The notes under the pieces were generated by a model. That model ran no database searches. It saw only the letters and a program-made list of their open reading frames with translations, and was not told the DNA's origin. A stretch of DNA of 32,000 nt from Candidatus Saccharimonadota bacterium (GTDB taxonomy: Bacteria; Patescibacteriota; Saccharimonadia; Saccharimonadales; UBA4665), in assembly GCA_002952755.1 (NCBI GenBank), contig CP025011.1, positions 540,001 to 572,000 of the forward strand, in the 5' to 3' direction. Both the position numbers and the translations under genes were made by a program. This document shows positions 31,517 to 32,000 of the stretch, piece by piece. Positions within the stretch are counted from its first letter, which is position 1. The number at the start of each line of letters is the position of its first letter.

Positions 31517-31996
31517 TTATGGCGAAGAGGTAGCCGCTAGCTCTTCAATGATGTGGGTGAGCATGGTGTTAGTTTGCTGACGATGTGTAATGAGATCTTG
31601 AATAGCGCTGTTGCTCGTATTTTCTAGAATGCTTTGTAATTCAGTTTCGGAAAGTTTGCGGATAGCCTGGAATTGCTTCGGCAATTGTTTTGGACGAATA
31701 ATGGCACGGCGCTTGTCATGCGGGTCGCGCTCTCTACTGATAAAACCGCCTTTTTCAAGCCTGATCAGTGCAGCAGTAGTTGCGCCGGTCGTGAGGCCTG
31801 CTATTTTGCTTACTTGGCTGGCGGTGGCAGCTTGGTTTTCGTATAGAAAAAACAAGATGGCTGCGTCCGTGGGATAAATCCCTGCGAAGGTAGCGGCAGC
31901 ATCGTTCCAGGCTATAGCCAGGCGCATCTCTTCGCGGATAGTTGCTGTTAGCCTGCTCAACAATTTTTGACGCTCATTCGACGAACCGGAGGACAT
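31517..31996 (-). CDS. MarR-family transcriptional regulator
   Basis: 159 aa. wHTH and wing: ATASQVSKIAGLTTGATTAALIRLEKGGFISRERDPHDKRRAIIRP. It lies 41 nt upstream of the SnoaL-like gene on the same strand. Confidence 0.8.
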   Translation of the reverse strand: MSSGSSNERQKLLSRLTATIREEMRLAIAWNDAAATFAGIYPTDAAILFFLYENQAATASQVSKIAGLTTGATTAALIRLEKGGFISRERDPHDKRRAIIRPKQLPKQFQAIRKLSETELQSILENTSNSAIQDLITHRQQTNTMLTHIIEELAATSSP

Positions 31997-32000
31997 ACTA

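Noticed and set aside
1-32000. CRISPR arrays, tRNA/rRNA genes and long tandem or interspersed repeats.
   Set aside because: Scanning both strands, I found no periodic repeat-spacer structure and no tRNA-like GGTTCGAATCC/T-loop context. The TTCGAA occurrences all lie inside coding frames or lack acceptor-stem pairing. No rRNA-like segments were seen.

Overview
The window reads as a bacterial chromosomal segment using the standard code 11. TGA, TAA and TAG all serve as real stops, including at ATGA gene overlaps, and many starts are preceded by AGGAGG/GGGGG-type Shine-Dalgarno sites. I support 34 protein-coding genes, one decayed pseudogene, one clear bidirectional terminator and several operator-like palindromes or repeats. 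I saw no rRNA, tRNA, CRISPR array, transposase or integrase. All family calls rest on motifs I could read in the ORF translations; no searches were run.

Layout:
- 0-13 kb holds mostly housekeeping or stress genes: a divergent HxlR regulator and DHA2 MFS exporter, an NT5C-like HAD nucleotidase, a short malic enzyme, a PadR regulator with its membrane partner, a PfkB kinase, a MurC-like ligase, an M3 metallopeptidase and an Ig-domain surface protein.
- 13-18 kb holds small regulator modules: a dead MarR gene upstream of a DUF1905 gene, a TetR-Rdx operon, and a GbsR-type regulator with DUF1048 and a DrrAB-like ABC exporter.
- 18-30 kb is accessory-looking. It contains an Acg-like nitroreductase plus CapK/PaaK-like adenylating enzyme operon, a helical protein plus PD-(D/E)XK nuclease pair (candidate conflict/defence locus), and a membrane protein with a duplicated beta-domain.
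- The most interesting part is a lower-GC five-gene cassette at 23.4-30.0 kb: WbqC-like protein, eukaryote-type UDPGP nucleotidyltransferase, class-III aminotransferase, APH/ChoK-fold kinase and uridine-kinase-like P-loop kinase. I cannot assign this combination to any described pathway.
- The window ends with a SAM methyltransferase, a SnoaL/NTF2-like protein and a MarR regulator.

Several ORF-track entries carry spurious N-terminal extensions. I trimmed them to internal ATGs with better context.
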